The position numbers and the translations under genes were made by a program. From the human T2T-CHM13v2.0 reference genome, Homo sapiens, in the NCBI RefSeq assembly GCF_009914755.1, contig NC_060932.1: a stretch of DNA of 64,000 bases; one strand, written 5' to 3'. Under the pieces are notes generated by a model. It was not told the DNA's origin and ran no database searches. It saw nothing but the letters and a program-made list of their open reading frames with translations. Position 1 is the stretch's first letter. Every line of letters begins with the position of its first letter. This document shows, piece by piece, positions 48,435-64,000 of the stretch.

Positions 48435-51400
48435 CTAACCTCCACCTTTCTATACTCTCTAACCCCCAAAGCGATTCATCTTCAAGATACAATAAGAGTT
48501 GACATAAAAGAAGTAGAGCTTAACTTAGGCAAGTATCATGAAGGACCAATTTACACAGCAAAGCCAAAACTGTAAAAAAAAATAAAAATATAAATTTTTT
48601 AATAATGTTTAAGTGTTAAAGCCTATCTGGTGGTCCTGACCTTTTCAACCAATCAAAACCAGGCCAGTCAGATGAACTGTATAAAAATAATATGTACAAC
48701 TACTACATATCCATAATACTTAAAATGAATGTTTAAGAAAATAATCTCAGCACTTATTCAGAAATATACTAGTGTCACTCAAACTATACAGTAATGAAAT
48801 TCAGCAGCTAAAAATATATAACTATTTTACAGTAAATATCAATGTCATTCCTGTTTCAACCTGACTTCCCATTCTACCCCTAAACTCCCAAACTTGAAAC
48901 CAACTACAATTTCTTGAGTAGCTGGAGTGTGGTTTAGGAAAGGAAGCTATGCTTGTTTGTATGGAATCTGCCATTTCCTCCCTGCCAAAACACTTGTTTA
49001 AAAAGTCATGTAATATTTCTATTAAATTGTAAATGCAGTCGACAAGGAAATGGCCTACTAGCAGTGTATTACCTTTGTGGCAGTGCCAACGGGCCTACAG
49101 CAAAATAGTGCACATGATAATTTCAACATGCATTCCCAAGTAACAAAATTGTGCTTTACATAAATACCACAGAACCTGAGCAAGATCCAGAAAAAGCAAT
49201 GAAAATCTGCCCAAGCTTTCATGCTTGCCTATATCAATTGTATGTCATAAGTAAAGCAAAATAGAAAAGCATCTACATATGTTCAAGAAGCTTGTGAAGT
49301 TAGATCATATAACCCTGGGAAAACTATTGCAGCTTAAATCTGTGTATTTCTTGTTAACCACTGTAACAACTCACTAATAAAAATGAAGAAAAACCATGGA
49401 TATCAAATGAACCAAAATGTACTAACTACATACAAGTCCTTAAAGATCATGATGCAACTTATTAACAGGAACATATTTTCAGTGTAAGCCACAATTGTTA
49501 TGTTAAATTACTTCTTTCTTTGATATCATTCATTTGATTACAGAATGTAAGAGATTCACGAGCATTCCAATTAAAATGGTGACCTTCAGTTTATAAGTCA
49601 CTTACCGAAATGCTTACAAAGTCACCGCTAATCATTTATTTCTTACCTTGCATTGCATAGCACAACTACATTTAATTATGCAAATTAAATGATCCCAGAT
49701 GTAATAAAGATGGTTCTATTCATGTGAAAGTTATACTTAAAACCAAGTTAACAAAATTAAATAATTAATCTGTAATTAATATAGTCTTCTAGGACAGCTG
49801 AATTCTATTCTACAGCAATTTAACTAAAATGCATATTTATTTTATAAGTCAGGTATGACTTGTCTTTCTTTTTAAAAATATCAATCGACACATAATTTCA
49901 AAATTTAAACCTGATAGAGACACCATTTCCTCCAAAAATGTAAATTTTTAAGTGTTATACACATGAAATTAGAGTAAATACCTGCCCTCAGTATACCTCC
50001 TTCCACCTTCCTACCCTATGCACACCTAGCTATTTATGTCTCCTAAAATAAATGCTAGCTTAAATCTCTGGCACAAATAGTTACTATTACTGGCTTAGAA
50101 TAAAATAAAACTTACTATGACCAACAGAGTAAGTCCACACAATTGCTTTTAAGATATATATCTTCAATAATGCTTAATGGTTGTCTGTTAAAACAGTTTT
50201 CATCCCCAATTAGCAAACCAAAGCTACTATATCCTGAGGCCAAAATTAAGGGTGCCCACTACTGATTTTTCTGATCTCTAATAAGGAACAGGAACTAAAG
50301 TGCCAAAAAATAAATAAATAATATAAATTATATCAATTTAAAATTTAAATGTTAAATAAATAAATTGTGCTAAGTAAAAGTTTGAAAGGCAAGCTGTGAG
50401 GGATGACAGCTCTTTCAAGTTGGATTTGATTAGCATTTAATTACTTTCACTTTTTAATTTATTTCATTGATTCTTATGCTAAGTTGTAAGTACAACACTT
50501 ATTATTTTAAGAAAGAAAAATCTGAGCTTACCAGATTTCAGTATTAACACCACAGAAGTATCTTTGAGATAGGAAAGGAAATAAGCACATATTCAACAAA
50601 AATATTTATTGGATATTCTTATGTTAGAATCTGCTAGATTCATTTAGACACACAAAGATGAAACATACTTGAATTTAAAACTTAGATTTAGTAGGGAAAT
50701 ACGACAACTATATCAAAATAACTATGATAATACACAGTAAGTTTAAAAGTGCCATAAGAAAATTATAGATAAGGTGATATGAGAATTCAAAGAAAGAAAA
50801 GATTTTTTAAATCAGTGGGATGAGGAACTTCTAACAATAATTAGACTTATCTAAAACTAAGCTTTCCAGAAGTAGAAAGATTACGGGAGGAAGACATCAT
50901 AATCTACATTTGGTTCCAGGTTGAAATGCAGAACTGTAATATGCTATGATAAAGAAAATAGTAAACAAAACACTACCCTAAATACACAATGTAACAAGAT
51001 ACACTCTTGAGGGTCACTGATATTAAGAACCACAGTTCTCAGTTATTTTCGATCAAGGAATCCTTGTTTCAAGGAGTTATTATTTTCATTTGATGGAAAA
51101 CTATGAACTATCTTACCAGAAAAATACATATCTGCACAAACATCAATATTTAAGTGCAATTTCATAAGATGTGCTGACTGAATTCTCTGCCCCAGAAACA
51201 GCTCATTCTACCCTCTTGTGAATCATGGTTTCCATTACTGGGCTAGTATGCAGTATAGGGGAAAATGAAGAAGTAAAAAATAACTGTTTTTCATCATTAG
51301 AAAAGATAAAATGTATCACAGTCCTAATAGGCTCATTATTTTCATATTGCTTCCAGTAGAGGCTGCAGAAGACATCTCAGCAGCCATAAGCAAGAACTTA

Positions 51401-51934
51401 AAAGTTTTCAGCAATCTCCCCTGGCTAGCAATAAACTGTCAATAAGCAGGTTCAGGCACAGAAACAGTAATTCCTTTGGGTACTGTGTAACGTCCCAATA
51501 CCTCCCATCCTACTGAATGTCCTACAACAAAATCAGGTGATGAAAAACAACTGCTCGATCCTTCCACAGCTCAAAGTTCCTTAAGTAACAATAGTAAATA
51601 TTAAACGGGCATCCTCTGTAAGAACCTGAACTAATTTATAGTCTCAATATGTTACTTCAAAAGCAACTTCATAAAGCTAGTTCATATTTCTACAGTACTT
51701 AGTATTTTACATGTATTGTTCATATACACTATCCCTTTTGATCTTCAAAAAGAACTCTGTGAAGTAGATGGATGAGGGTCCATTATAACTAATTCAGAGA
51801 TAACAAAATTGATTCAAGCCTCACAAGTCTCAAACATCAGGTCACACCATTATTACGTAGCAACAATAGAAGCATTCGGACTTTGTTAGAATTTGGATTT
51901 CCAACACCTGGTTCAGTAATTATTGCTCTATAGA

Positions 51935-52192
51935 TTCAAGTTGCAAATCATTACTGGGTCATAAAATCAATGTAATGGATTTGGACCACACATTTTTTAA
52001 CGAAAAGATGAAACAGAATAGAATACTGTGATAGAACAGAAGTCAGAGTGAATCACAAATAAGGAAAATAAGTATGGTTTCATGTATATTTTGTTTCACT
52101 TATGTGTGTGTGTGTGTCTGTACACATGTGCATAATGGATCACACTGTGAAAATATTTCTACCATGGACCACAATTTTAAAAGTCTGAAATG
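51935..52192. mobile_element. Old hAT-Charlie-derived MITE (MER119-like)
   Basis: gttgcaaatcattactgggtcataaaatcaat...(tg)n...aaaagtctgaaa resembles that family as I remember it. Confidence 0.4.
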
Positions 52193-54340
52193 TAAATGTC
52201 ATCTTTCAATCATTAATAAATCAATTTAACTCATCTCCTTTAAATTCTCCCACACAAATACAGAGAAATATTGCATTTGTCAGTATCCCACATTAAAATC
52301 CTAAAAAGATGAAATGTAGTATAATTCTTTCTCAGTAAGTATTACTCTAAGCAATACTTAATGGAAACACGTCTCCAAAACTATAATTCATATTTATATA
52401 ATTTGTATGTCAGTAGGAAAATGATAATTATTTCCTCAATATTACCAAACTAATCATGTGTACAGAGCACTTGGCAATACCAACAGCAAGGTTAGAATAC
52501 AGACGAAGAGTAGGAATGCCTCTTTCCTGTGTAAGTATCAGGGGTGACCCCAGCAGGCTTAATCTAGAGAAGTTGAGACCTGTTTATTCTCTTCACTTGT
52601 TCATGTCTTAAAGAATAATAACTCTGACAAGACAAAAATATGTTGAAACTGTCACTGTAATAAACCTTAATCCCCAGTTTAGGGTCTAGGATGCCTTATA
52701 CCACCACCACCCTTCAATGTGTATCAGGACCACAAAGCAGAGAACTCTTAACTTTCAAATGGAGTAAAAATCCATGTCTTGGAAGCAGTACTGAAATTCC
52801 CTGATGATCCCATTTCTCCCACTCCTCTGGATCCTTGGATGATGTGAAAGTACGGTTAATAGAATCAAGGTATCACCTAAAATAGGCAAAAAAATAGGGA
52901 AGAGAAAGGAAAGGAAACCAAAGGTAGAGAGGGGGGTGAGGGGAGAGTATTCACCTACACACCCTGTCAGGAAACAAAAAAATGAAAAGACAACAGTAGG
53001 AAGAAAAGAAAAAAAGGAAGATAAGGGCAGGTTCAAGGGAGAAATGCAAGTAAAGTATGTAATGACAAAATAATAAAATTTTTATCTACAACCATATGAT
53101 CTTATGTAATTTGAGATAATATATACATATAACTGAATAAACGTTTTACAGTGTATAGCTTCCTATTCTAATCAACAAAACTCTTATCTACCCTTTCCTA
53201 TTAAATAAAACAGAAATCTAAATGATTCTAACATTAAAATGCTAGTTATCACTGAACTATAAATTCCAAAAGAACAGTGAACATGTCTGCTGTGCTTACT
53301 ACTACTTCCTAACAGCTCAAGTGGTACCTGATAAGTGTGCACCAAGTATCTACAGAAGGAAATAAAGGAAAGGGAAAGGGAGTAAAAGAATACAGAAGGC
53401 ACTCTAGATGACATTTAATTTCTCTGACACAAAACAACCAATTTGGGAGAGAAGAGATACTGTCCAACTGGTCCCAAAGCCAAATTTATTGCCTTTATGT
53501 TAGAATATGCATTTCTTGCATTAACAATATTAAATCAAAAATAATTTAATATTAATGATTAAATTTAGTATTGACGAAAACATGGGACTGTCCCATCATG
53601 AGAAGATACACATTTACATGGCAGAAAATTTCAAGAGTGTCATTCTCGTTGCTAAAAGATTCATTAAAAATTATTTGTACTCCAAAAGGTCCCACTAGCT
53701 CCCAAGCAATTACTCCTAACCAGAATGAAATGTATGAAATAACAGATACAGAATTCAGAATATGGATGGCAAAGAAACTCAACAAGATCCAAGAGAAAGT
53801 TGAAATCCAACACAAAGGAAACAGAAAAATAATCTAAGATTTGAAAGACGGCACAGTTATTTTAAGGAAGAACCAAACAGAACCTCTGGAACTGAAAAAT
53901 TTACTAGAGGAATCTCAAAATACAGTTGGAAGCCTTAACAACAGACTAAACCAAGCAAAAGAAAGAATTTCAGAGATTGAAGATCAGTTCTTCAAATCAA
54001 CCCAGTCAGATAAAAATAAAAATAATTTTTAAAAATGAAAAAAGCCTTCAAGAAATATGAGATTATATAAAATGACCAAATATGTGACTTACTGGCATTC
54101 CTGAGAGAGAAGAGAAAGTGAGCAACTTGGAAAACATATTTGAAGATAGATATAATTCAGAAAAAATTCCACAATCTTGCTAGAGGGATCAACATGCAGA
54201 TACAAGAAATCCAGATAACTCCTACAAGATACTACACAAAATGACTATTCCCAGGGTACACAGTCATCAGACCATCCAAGGTCACCCAAAAGAAAAAACC
54301 TTAAAGGCAGCTAGAGAAAAGTGTCATATGACCTGTAAAG

Positions 54341-54683
54341 CAGCAGTCTCCAAACTTTTTGGCGCAAGGAACCGGTTTCGTGGACGACAAGTTTTCCATA
54401 GATAGGGTTGGAGGGGGTGGTTTAGGGATGAAACTGTTCCACCTCAGTTCATCAGGCATTAGTTAGAGTCTCATGAGGACTACACAACCTAGATCCCTTG
54501 CACGTGCAGTTCACAAAAGGGTTCACGCTCCTAAGAGAATCCAATGTCAGTGCTGATCTGACAGGAGGCGGAGCTTAGGCTGTAATTCTTGATCGCCCAC
54601 CGCCCACCTCCAGCTGTGTGACCCGGTTCCTAACAGTTCATGGACCGGTACCAGTCTGTGGCCCAGGAGTTGGGGGACCCCTG
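54341..54683 (+). mobile_element. MER1B (hAT-Charlie MITE) nested in L1 ORF1
   Basis: TIRs cagcagtctccaaac / gttgggggacccctg. Degenerate 8-bp TSD ctgtaaag / ttctaaag. About 340 bp. Confidence 0.9.
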
Positions 54684-56633
54684 TTCTAAAGGGAAACCCA
54701 TCAGACTAACAGTAGACTTCTCAGCACAAATCCTACAAACCAGACAAGATTAGGGGCCAATTTTGAGCATTCTTAAAAGAAATGCCAGCCAAGAATTTCA
54801 TATCTTGCCAAACTAAGCTTCATAAATGAAGGAAAAATAATGTATTTCCCAGACAAGCAATTACTAAGCAAATTCATCACTGCCAGACCAGCCCTACAAG
54901 AGATGCTTAAGGGAGGTCTAAACATGGAAACAAAAGAATGACATTTACTAACACAAAAGCACACGTAAAGCACATAACCCACAGACTCTATAAAGCAACT
55001 ATACAATCGAGACTACAAAGCAACTAGCTAACAACCCTGTGATGGGAACAAAACCTCACATATCAATATTAACCTTGAATATAAAGGGCCTAAATGGCCC
55101 ACTTAAAAGACATAGAGTGGCAAACTGGAAAAAACAAACAAAATCCCTCTTTCTCTTATCTGCAAAAGAACCATCTCACAAGTAACAACACCCATAGACT
55201 CATAGTAAATGAATGGAGAAAGATCAGTTAAACAGAAAACAAAGAAAAGCAGAGGTCTTATATTAGATAAAATAGACTTTAAACAAACGACTGTAAAAAA
55301 GGACAAAAAAGAGCATTATATAATTTTTAAAGGGTTCAGTTATACAAGAAGACTTAACTATCCTTAAATATATACACACTCAACACTGGAGCACCCAGAT
55401 TTATGAAAACAATTACTTTTAGACCTAAGAAAAGATGTTGACAGCCACACAATAACAGTGGGAGACTTCAACAACCCACTGACAGCATTAGACTGATTAT
55501 CAAGGCAGAAAACTAACAAAGAAATTCTGGACTTAAATTTAATGCTTGACCAACTGAACCTGATAGACATCTACAGAATACTCTACCAAACAACCACAGA
55601 ATATACATTCTTCTCATATGTACATAGAACATACTCAAAGACTGACCACCTGCTCAGTCATAAAGGAAGTCTCAATAAATTCAAAAAAATCAAAATCATA
55701 CCAAGCATCTTTTCAGACCACAATGGAATAAAAATAGAAACCAACACCAAGAGGAACTCTCAAAACCACATAAATACATGAAAACTAAACAACGTGCTCC
55801 TGAATGACTTTTGGGTAAACAATGAAATTAAGGCATAAATAAAAAAGTTCTTTGAAAAAAATGAAAACAGAGACACAACATACCAAAACCTCTGGGATAC
55901 GGCAAAAGCAGTGTTAAGAGGAAAGTTTAGAATGCTAAATGCCTACATCAAGAAAATGGATCTCAAATTAACAATCTAACCTCACACCTAAAGGAACAAG
56001 AAAAAACTAAACCCAAAGCTAGGAGAAGAAAATAAATAAGTAAAGTCAGAGTAGAACTAAATGAAATTGAGAACAAAAAACCATACAAAAGATCAATGAA
56101 ACAAAAAATTGGTTTTTTGAAAGGATGAATGAAACTGACAGACTGCTAGCTAGATTAAAAAAGGAAAGAGAGAAGATCCAAATAGGCACAATCAGAAATA
56201 ACAAAGGTGACATCACAACGAAGCCCACAGAAATACAGCAGATGTTCAGAGGCTACTATGAACATTTCAGTACATACAAAGTAGAAAATCTAGAGGAAAT
56301 TGATTAATTCCTGAAAACACAAAACCTCCAAGATTGAACTAGGAAGAAACAGAAATCCTGAACAGACCAACAAGTAACAAGATTCAATCAGAAATTACAC
56401 ACCTACCAATGAACAAAAGCCCCCAAAGAGAGAGATTCACAGCTGAATTCTACCAGTCCTAATAAAACTATTACAAAAAATCGAAGAGGAGGGCCTCCTC
56501 CCTAACTCATTCCACAAAACCAGTATCATCCTGATATCAAAATCTGGCAAAGACATAACAAAAAAAGAAAATTACAGGCCAATATCCCTAATGAACATAA
56601 GACCCAAAATTCCTCCACAAAATATTAGCACAC

Positions 56634-56940
56634 TGAGCTAGGTGGAATGGCTCACATCTATAATCCCAGCACTTGGGGAGGCTGAGGCAGAAGGATCACT
56701 GGAGCTCAGGAGTTTGACACCAGCCTGGGACATATATTGAGATCCCATCTCTCCAAAAAAAATTTTTTAATTAGCCAGGTACAGTGGCACATGCTTATAG
56801 TCCTAGCTACTCAGGAGGCTGAGATGGGAAGATCACCTGAGCCTGTGAGGTCAAGGCTGCAGTGAGCCATGACTGCACCACTGCACCCCAGCCTGGATGA
56901 CAAAGTAAGCCTGTCTCAAGAAAAAAAAATTTATATATAT
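56634..56940 (+). mobile_element. AluJ nested in L1 ORF2
   Basis: Dimeric AluJ. L1 resumes at agcaaaccaaatccagcagcac. Confidence 0.9.
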
Positions 56941-58754
56941 GAGCAAACCAAATCCAGCAGCACATCAAAAAATTAATTCACCACCATCAAGTGGGCTTTA
57001 TTCCTAGGATGCAAGGATGATTCAACATATGCAAGTCAGTAAATGTGATTTACCACATAAGGAGAATTAAAAACAAAAACCATATAATCATCTCAATAGA
57101 CACAGAAAAGGCTTTTGACAAAATCCTATACTCCTTCATTATAAAAATCCACAACAAACTTGACATCAAAGGAACATACCTTAACATAATAAGAGGTATC
57201 TATTACAAACTCACGGCCAACATCATACTGAATGGGCAAAAGCCAGATGCATTCCCTTAAGAACTGGACCAAGACAAAGATGTCCACTCTTACCATTCCT
57301 ATCCATTATGTCACTGGAAGCCCTAGCCAGAGCAATAAGGCAAGAGAAAGAAGTAAAAGACATATAAATAGGAAAAAAAGAAGTCAAATTATCTCTCTTC
57401 ACTGACAATATAATTGTATACTAGAAAATCCTAAAGATTCTGTCAAGACTCCTAGGCCTGATAAATGATTTCAGCAAAGTCTCAGGATATAAAGTCAATG
57501 TACAAAAATCAGTAGCACTTCTATACGCTAATAATGTTCAAGCTGAGAGCCAAGTCAAGAATGCAATGCCATTTACAATTCCTACCAAAAAAAAAAAAAA
57601 AAACAACCTAGGAATACACCTAACCAAGGAGGTGAAGGATCTCCACAAGGAGAACTACAAAAGACTACTAAAAGATAGCAGAGACGACACAAACAAATAG
57701 AAGAGCATTCCACGTTCCCAGGTTGGAAGAATCAATATTGTTAAAATGGTCATACTGCCCAAAGCAATCTACAGATTCAATGCTATTCCTATCAAACTAC
57801 CATCATCATTTTTCACAGAATTAGAAAAAAACTATTCCAAAATTTATATGGAACCAAAAAGGAGCCTAAATAGCCAAGGCAATTCTAAGCAAAAAGAACA
57901 AAGCCAGAGACATCAATTTACCTGACTTCAAACTATACTACATGGTACTGTAACCAAAACAGCAAGGTACTGGTACAAAAATAGACACACAGACCAATGG
58001 AACAGAATAGAGGCATAAAAAAATAATGGGATCATGTCCTTTGCAGGAATGTGGATGCAGCTGGAGGCCATAGTCCTAAGCAAACTAACACAGAAACAGA
58101 AAACCAAACACTGCATGTTCTTACTTATAAGTGGGGGCTGACTACTGGGTTCACACAGACATAAAGATGGAAACAACAGACGCTAGGAACTCTAAAAGGA
58201 AGGAAGGAGTGGAGAGGACAAGGGCTGAAAAACTTCCTATCGGATACTATGTTCACTATCTGGGTGACAGGATCAGCAGAAGCCCAAACCTCAGTACCAT
58301 GCAATATACCCTTGTAACAAACCTGCACATGTACCCTAAAATAAAAATGGAAACTTAAATAATACAAACTGTGAAAAAATATTTTTAAAAAATAATTTCC
58401 AAAGAATATGAAATGCTGATTTACAATTATTAAATATTTACACAACTTCTTCAGAACACACCTATTGCATAATGCAAAGTACATATATATGATTTAATAA
58501 AAATAATCCTCTACTTGGTAGACAACTAAGTCATTTGCATAGAAACAGTGAAAAGCATTCTGATTGAAAGATCTCTCAATATAGTGATTACAAAGAAGAC
58601 ATACAAAGGGACTCAGACTGTGTATTATAATTGGGGTGGAGAAAGTGATATGGGGACAACTGGAAAGACAATAAACAGGCAGTAAAAAGTTAAAGGAGTA
58701 GGACACCTTCACCAGCATAGAAACAACAAGCAGGTCAGTACTAGAGAGAGGTTA

Positions 58755-59875
<1,121 letters not shown>

Positions 59876-60009
59876 CTCATTAATCCTAATTATAATCTTA
59901 AATTATGTAATTATACTTATACTATATAAATGTTAATCTTAAATTATACATAATTATTAATCTTAAATTTTCTTTCTCTATTTGAAAGAAGAGAACATAT
60001 TATGGGGAG

Positions 60010-60760
60010 TGTAGTGAGTTGAAAAATGGCCATCCTCAGAAGATATGTCCACATCCTAATCTCTGAAACCTCTAAATGTTACACAATTTGGGGGGGAAAA
60101 ATACAATTTATGCAGATATAATTAAGTTAAGAATCTTGAAAGCAGAAGATCATCCTGGATCATCTGAGTGGGCCCTAAATCCAATGACAAGTGCCCTTAT
60201 AAGAGAAAGGCAGAGAGAAATTTGAGGTAGATAGACAAAAAAGAAGACACAGGGCTGGGTGCAGTGGCTCACACCTGTAATCCCAGCACTTTGGGAGGCC
60301 AAGGCAGACAGACTGCTTAAGCTCAGGAGTTCGAGACCAGACTGGGCAACATGGTGAACCCCATCTCCACAAAAAAAATATAAGATTTAGCCAGCCATGG
60401 TAGCTTGTGCCTGTAGTCCCAGCTACTTGCGGGGCTGAGGCGGGAGGATTGCTTGAGCCCAGGAATTCGAGGCTGCAATGAGCCATGTTCACGCCACTCC
60501 AGCCTGGGTGACAAAGCAAGACCCTGTGAAAGAAGAAAGAAGATGATGATGATGACACAGACACTCAGAGGAAAATGCAATATGGAGATGTAGGCAGAGA
60601 TTAGAGTAAGACAACTACAATCTAAGGAAAACAGGATTGCAGGCAGCCACCAAGAGCTGGAAAAAGTGAAAAATAGATTATCCTGTAGAGCCCCTTGAGG
60701 GAGTACAGTCCTGCCAACACTTTGATTTCAGACTTCTGGTTTCCCAGGCTAAATGAAGAT
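60010..60760 (+). mobile_element. MLT1 (MaLR) LTR with nested AluJ (60252-60553)
   Basis: tgtagtgagttgaa...agatatgtccacatcctaatc...cctgccaacactttgatttcagacttctgg. The Alu tail has become (GAA)/(GAT)n. Confidence 0.8.
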
Positions 60761-61496
60761 ACTCCTCTATGCCATTCACCACTGTGTTAAATCCTTGCAA
60801 GGAATCTTCCAACAGGTGGTGTCAGACAAACACAGGTGCACATACACTAAGACATCCAAGGTATCTACAAATACCTACACAGCAGGGACTGGGAGATGGA
60901 AGGTGTGTTAAGTGTGTTGGGTGTGGTATTACTCAAGTCTCACCACTACAGAGAATCAGTTTTCCAGAATTTCTCAAGCAAATTTTATTATTAATTGAGC
61001 AGGAAAGAAGGAGGACATGGATGTTTTTCTCTTTTTTGGTGTTGGGTTTTTTTAAATATTAAAAAACGGTTAACTAAGTGTTCACTCTTCACATGTGGAC
61101 ATAACCACATTTTTTGTCTCTTTTTTTAAAATCCTTTCTTTGTGAAAAAAGTAGTGCCATGGGATTTCCAATGGGAGAGAGCTACTGTGTTTTACTTTTT
61201 GATATGCACTATAAAGAATGATCTTCTAACCCATGTCTGTTTTTACGCTGCCTATACTAAAGCATTTGTTGCATCTATTTAAATGCTATGTTTCTCCAAA
61301 AAGGGAGGTGGAAGCCAGTTGGAAAATATGGTGGGTTAAGGAAAAGACTCTTCAGGAAAGGATAGCATTATTTTTGAAAACATCATTCATCAAAAATGAC
61401 TCCTTATGTTTGAAAATATCTGCAGGGCTCCTTTATTTGTAAGTAGGTAGTGTAAGGACACAGAGATAGAGACCTTTTTTTAGGCTAAAATAATTC

Positions 61497-64000
<2,504 letters not shown>

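Larger units (their letters stand above)
53680..58352 (+). mobile_element. Old L1 (L1PA15/16-like), ORF1-ORF2-3'UTR, heavily disrupted, about 1 kb internal deletion near 58012
   Basis: ORF fragments homologous to ORF1p/ORF2p ([26 protein letters not shown]). 3'UTR agggctgaaaaacttcctatcgg...aaacctgcacatgtaccct. Confidence 0.9.

Overview
This is AT-rich, CpG-poor hominoid (human-like) nuclear DNA, mostly interspersed repeats. I could not identify any host protein-coding exon with confidence. The + strand looks A/C-rich and most L1 copies lie on +, which suggests a large intron of a minus-strand gene; I did not identify that gene. Firm calls are: a processed ATP5PF (ATP5J/CF6) pseudogene; a full-length but inactivated L1PA3-like LINE-1; a twin-primed 5'-inverted L1; an older L1PA15/16-like element carrying nested MER1B and AluJ; a second young L1 on the minus strand at the right edge; solo LTRs (ERV1, THE1, MLT1); a Tigger3 MITE; about 20 Alus; and L2/MIR/L1M relics. 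All long ORFs in the track are L1-derived, and most short ones come from Alu/L1 or are chance ORFs. I see no evidence for a new multi-gene system. Three signals deserve a second look. (1) Four non-consensus changes, including a stop codon, are shared by two oppositely oriented L1 copies about 38 kb apart, suggesting ectopic gene conversion. (2) An orphan 22-nt + A-tail retro-insertion has a perfect 13-bp target-site duplication (TSD). (3) The ATP5PF retrocopy appears to preserve ancestral residues. Subfamily labels and consensus comparisons are from memory and need checking in RepeatMasker/Dfam.
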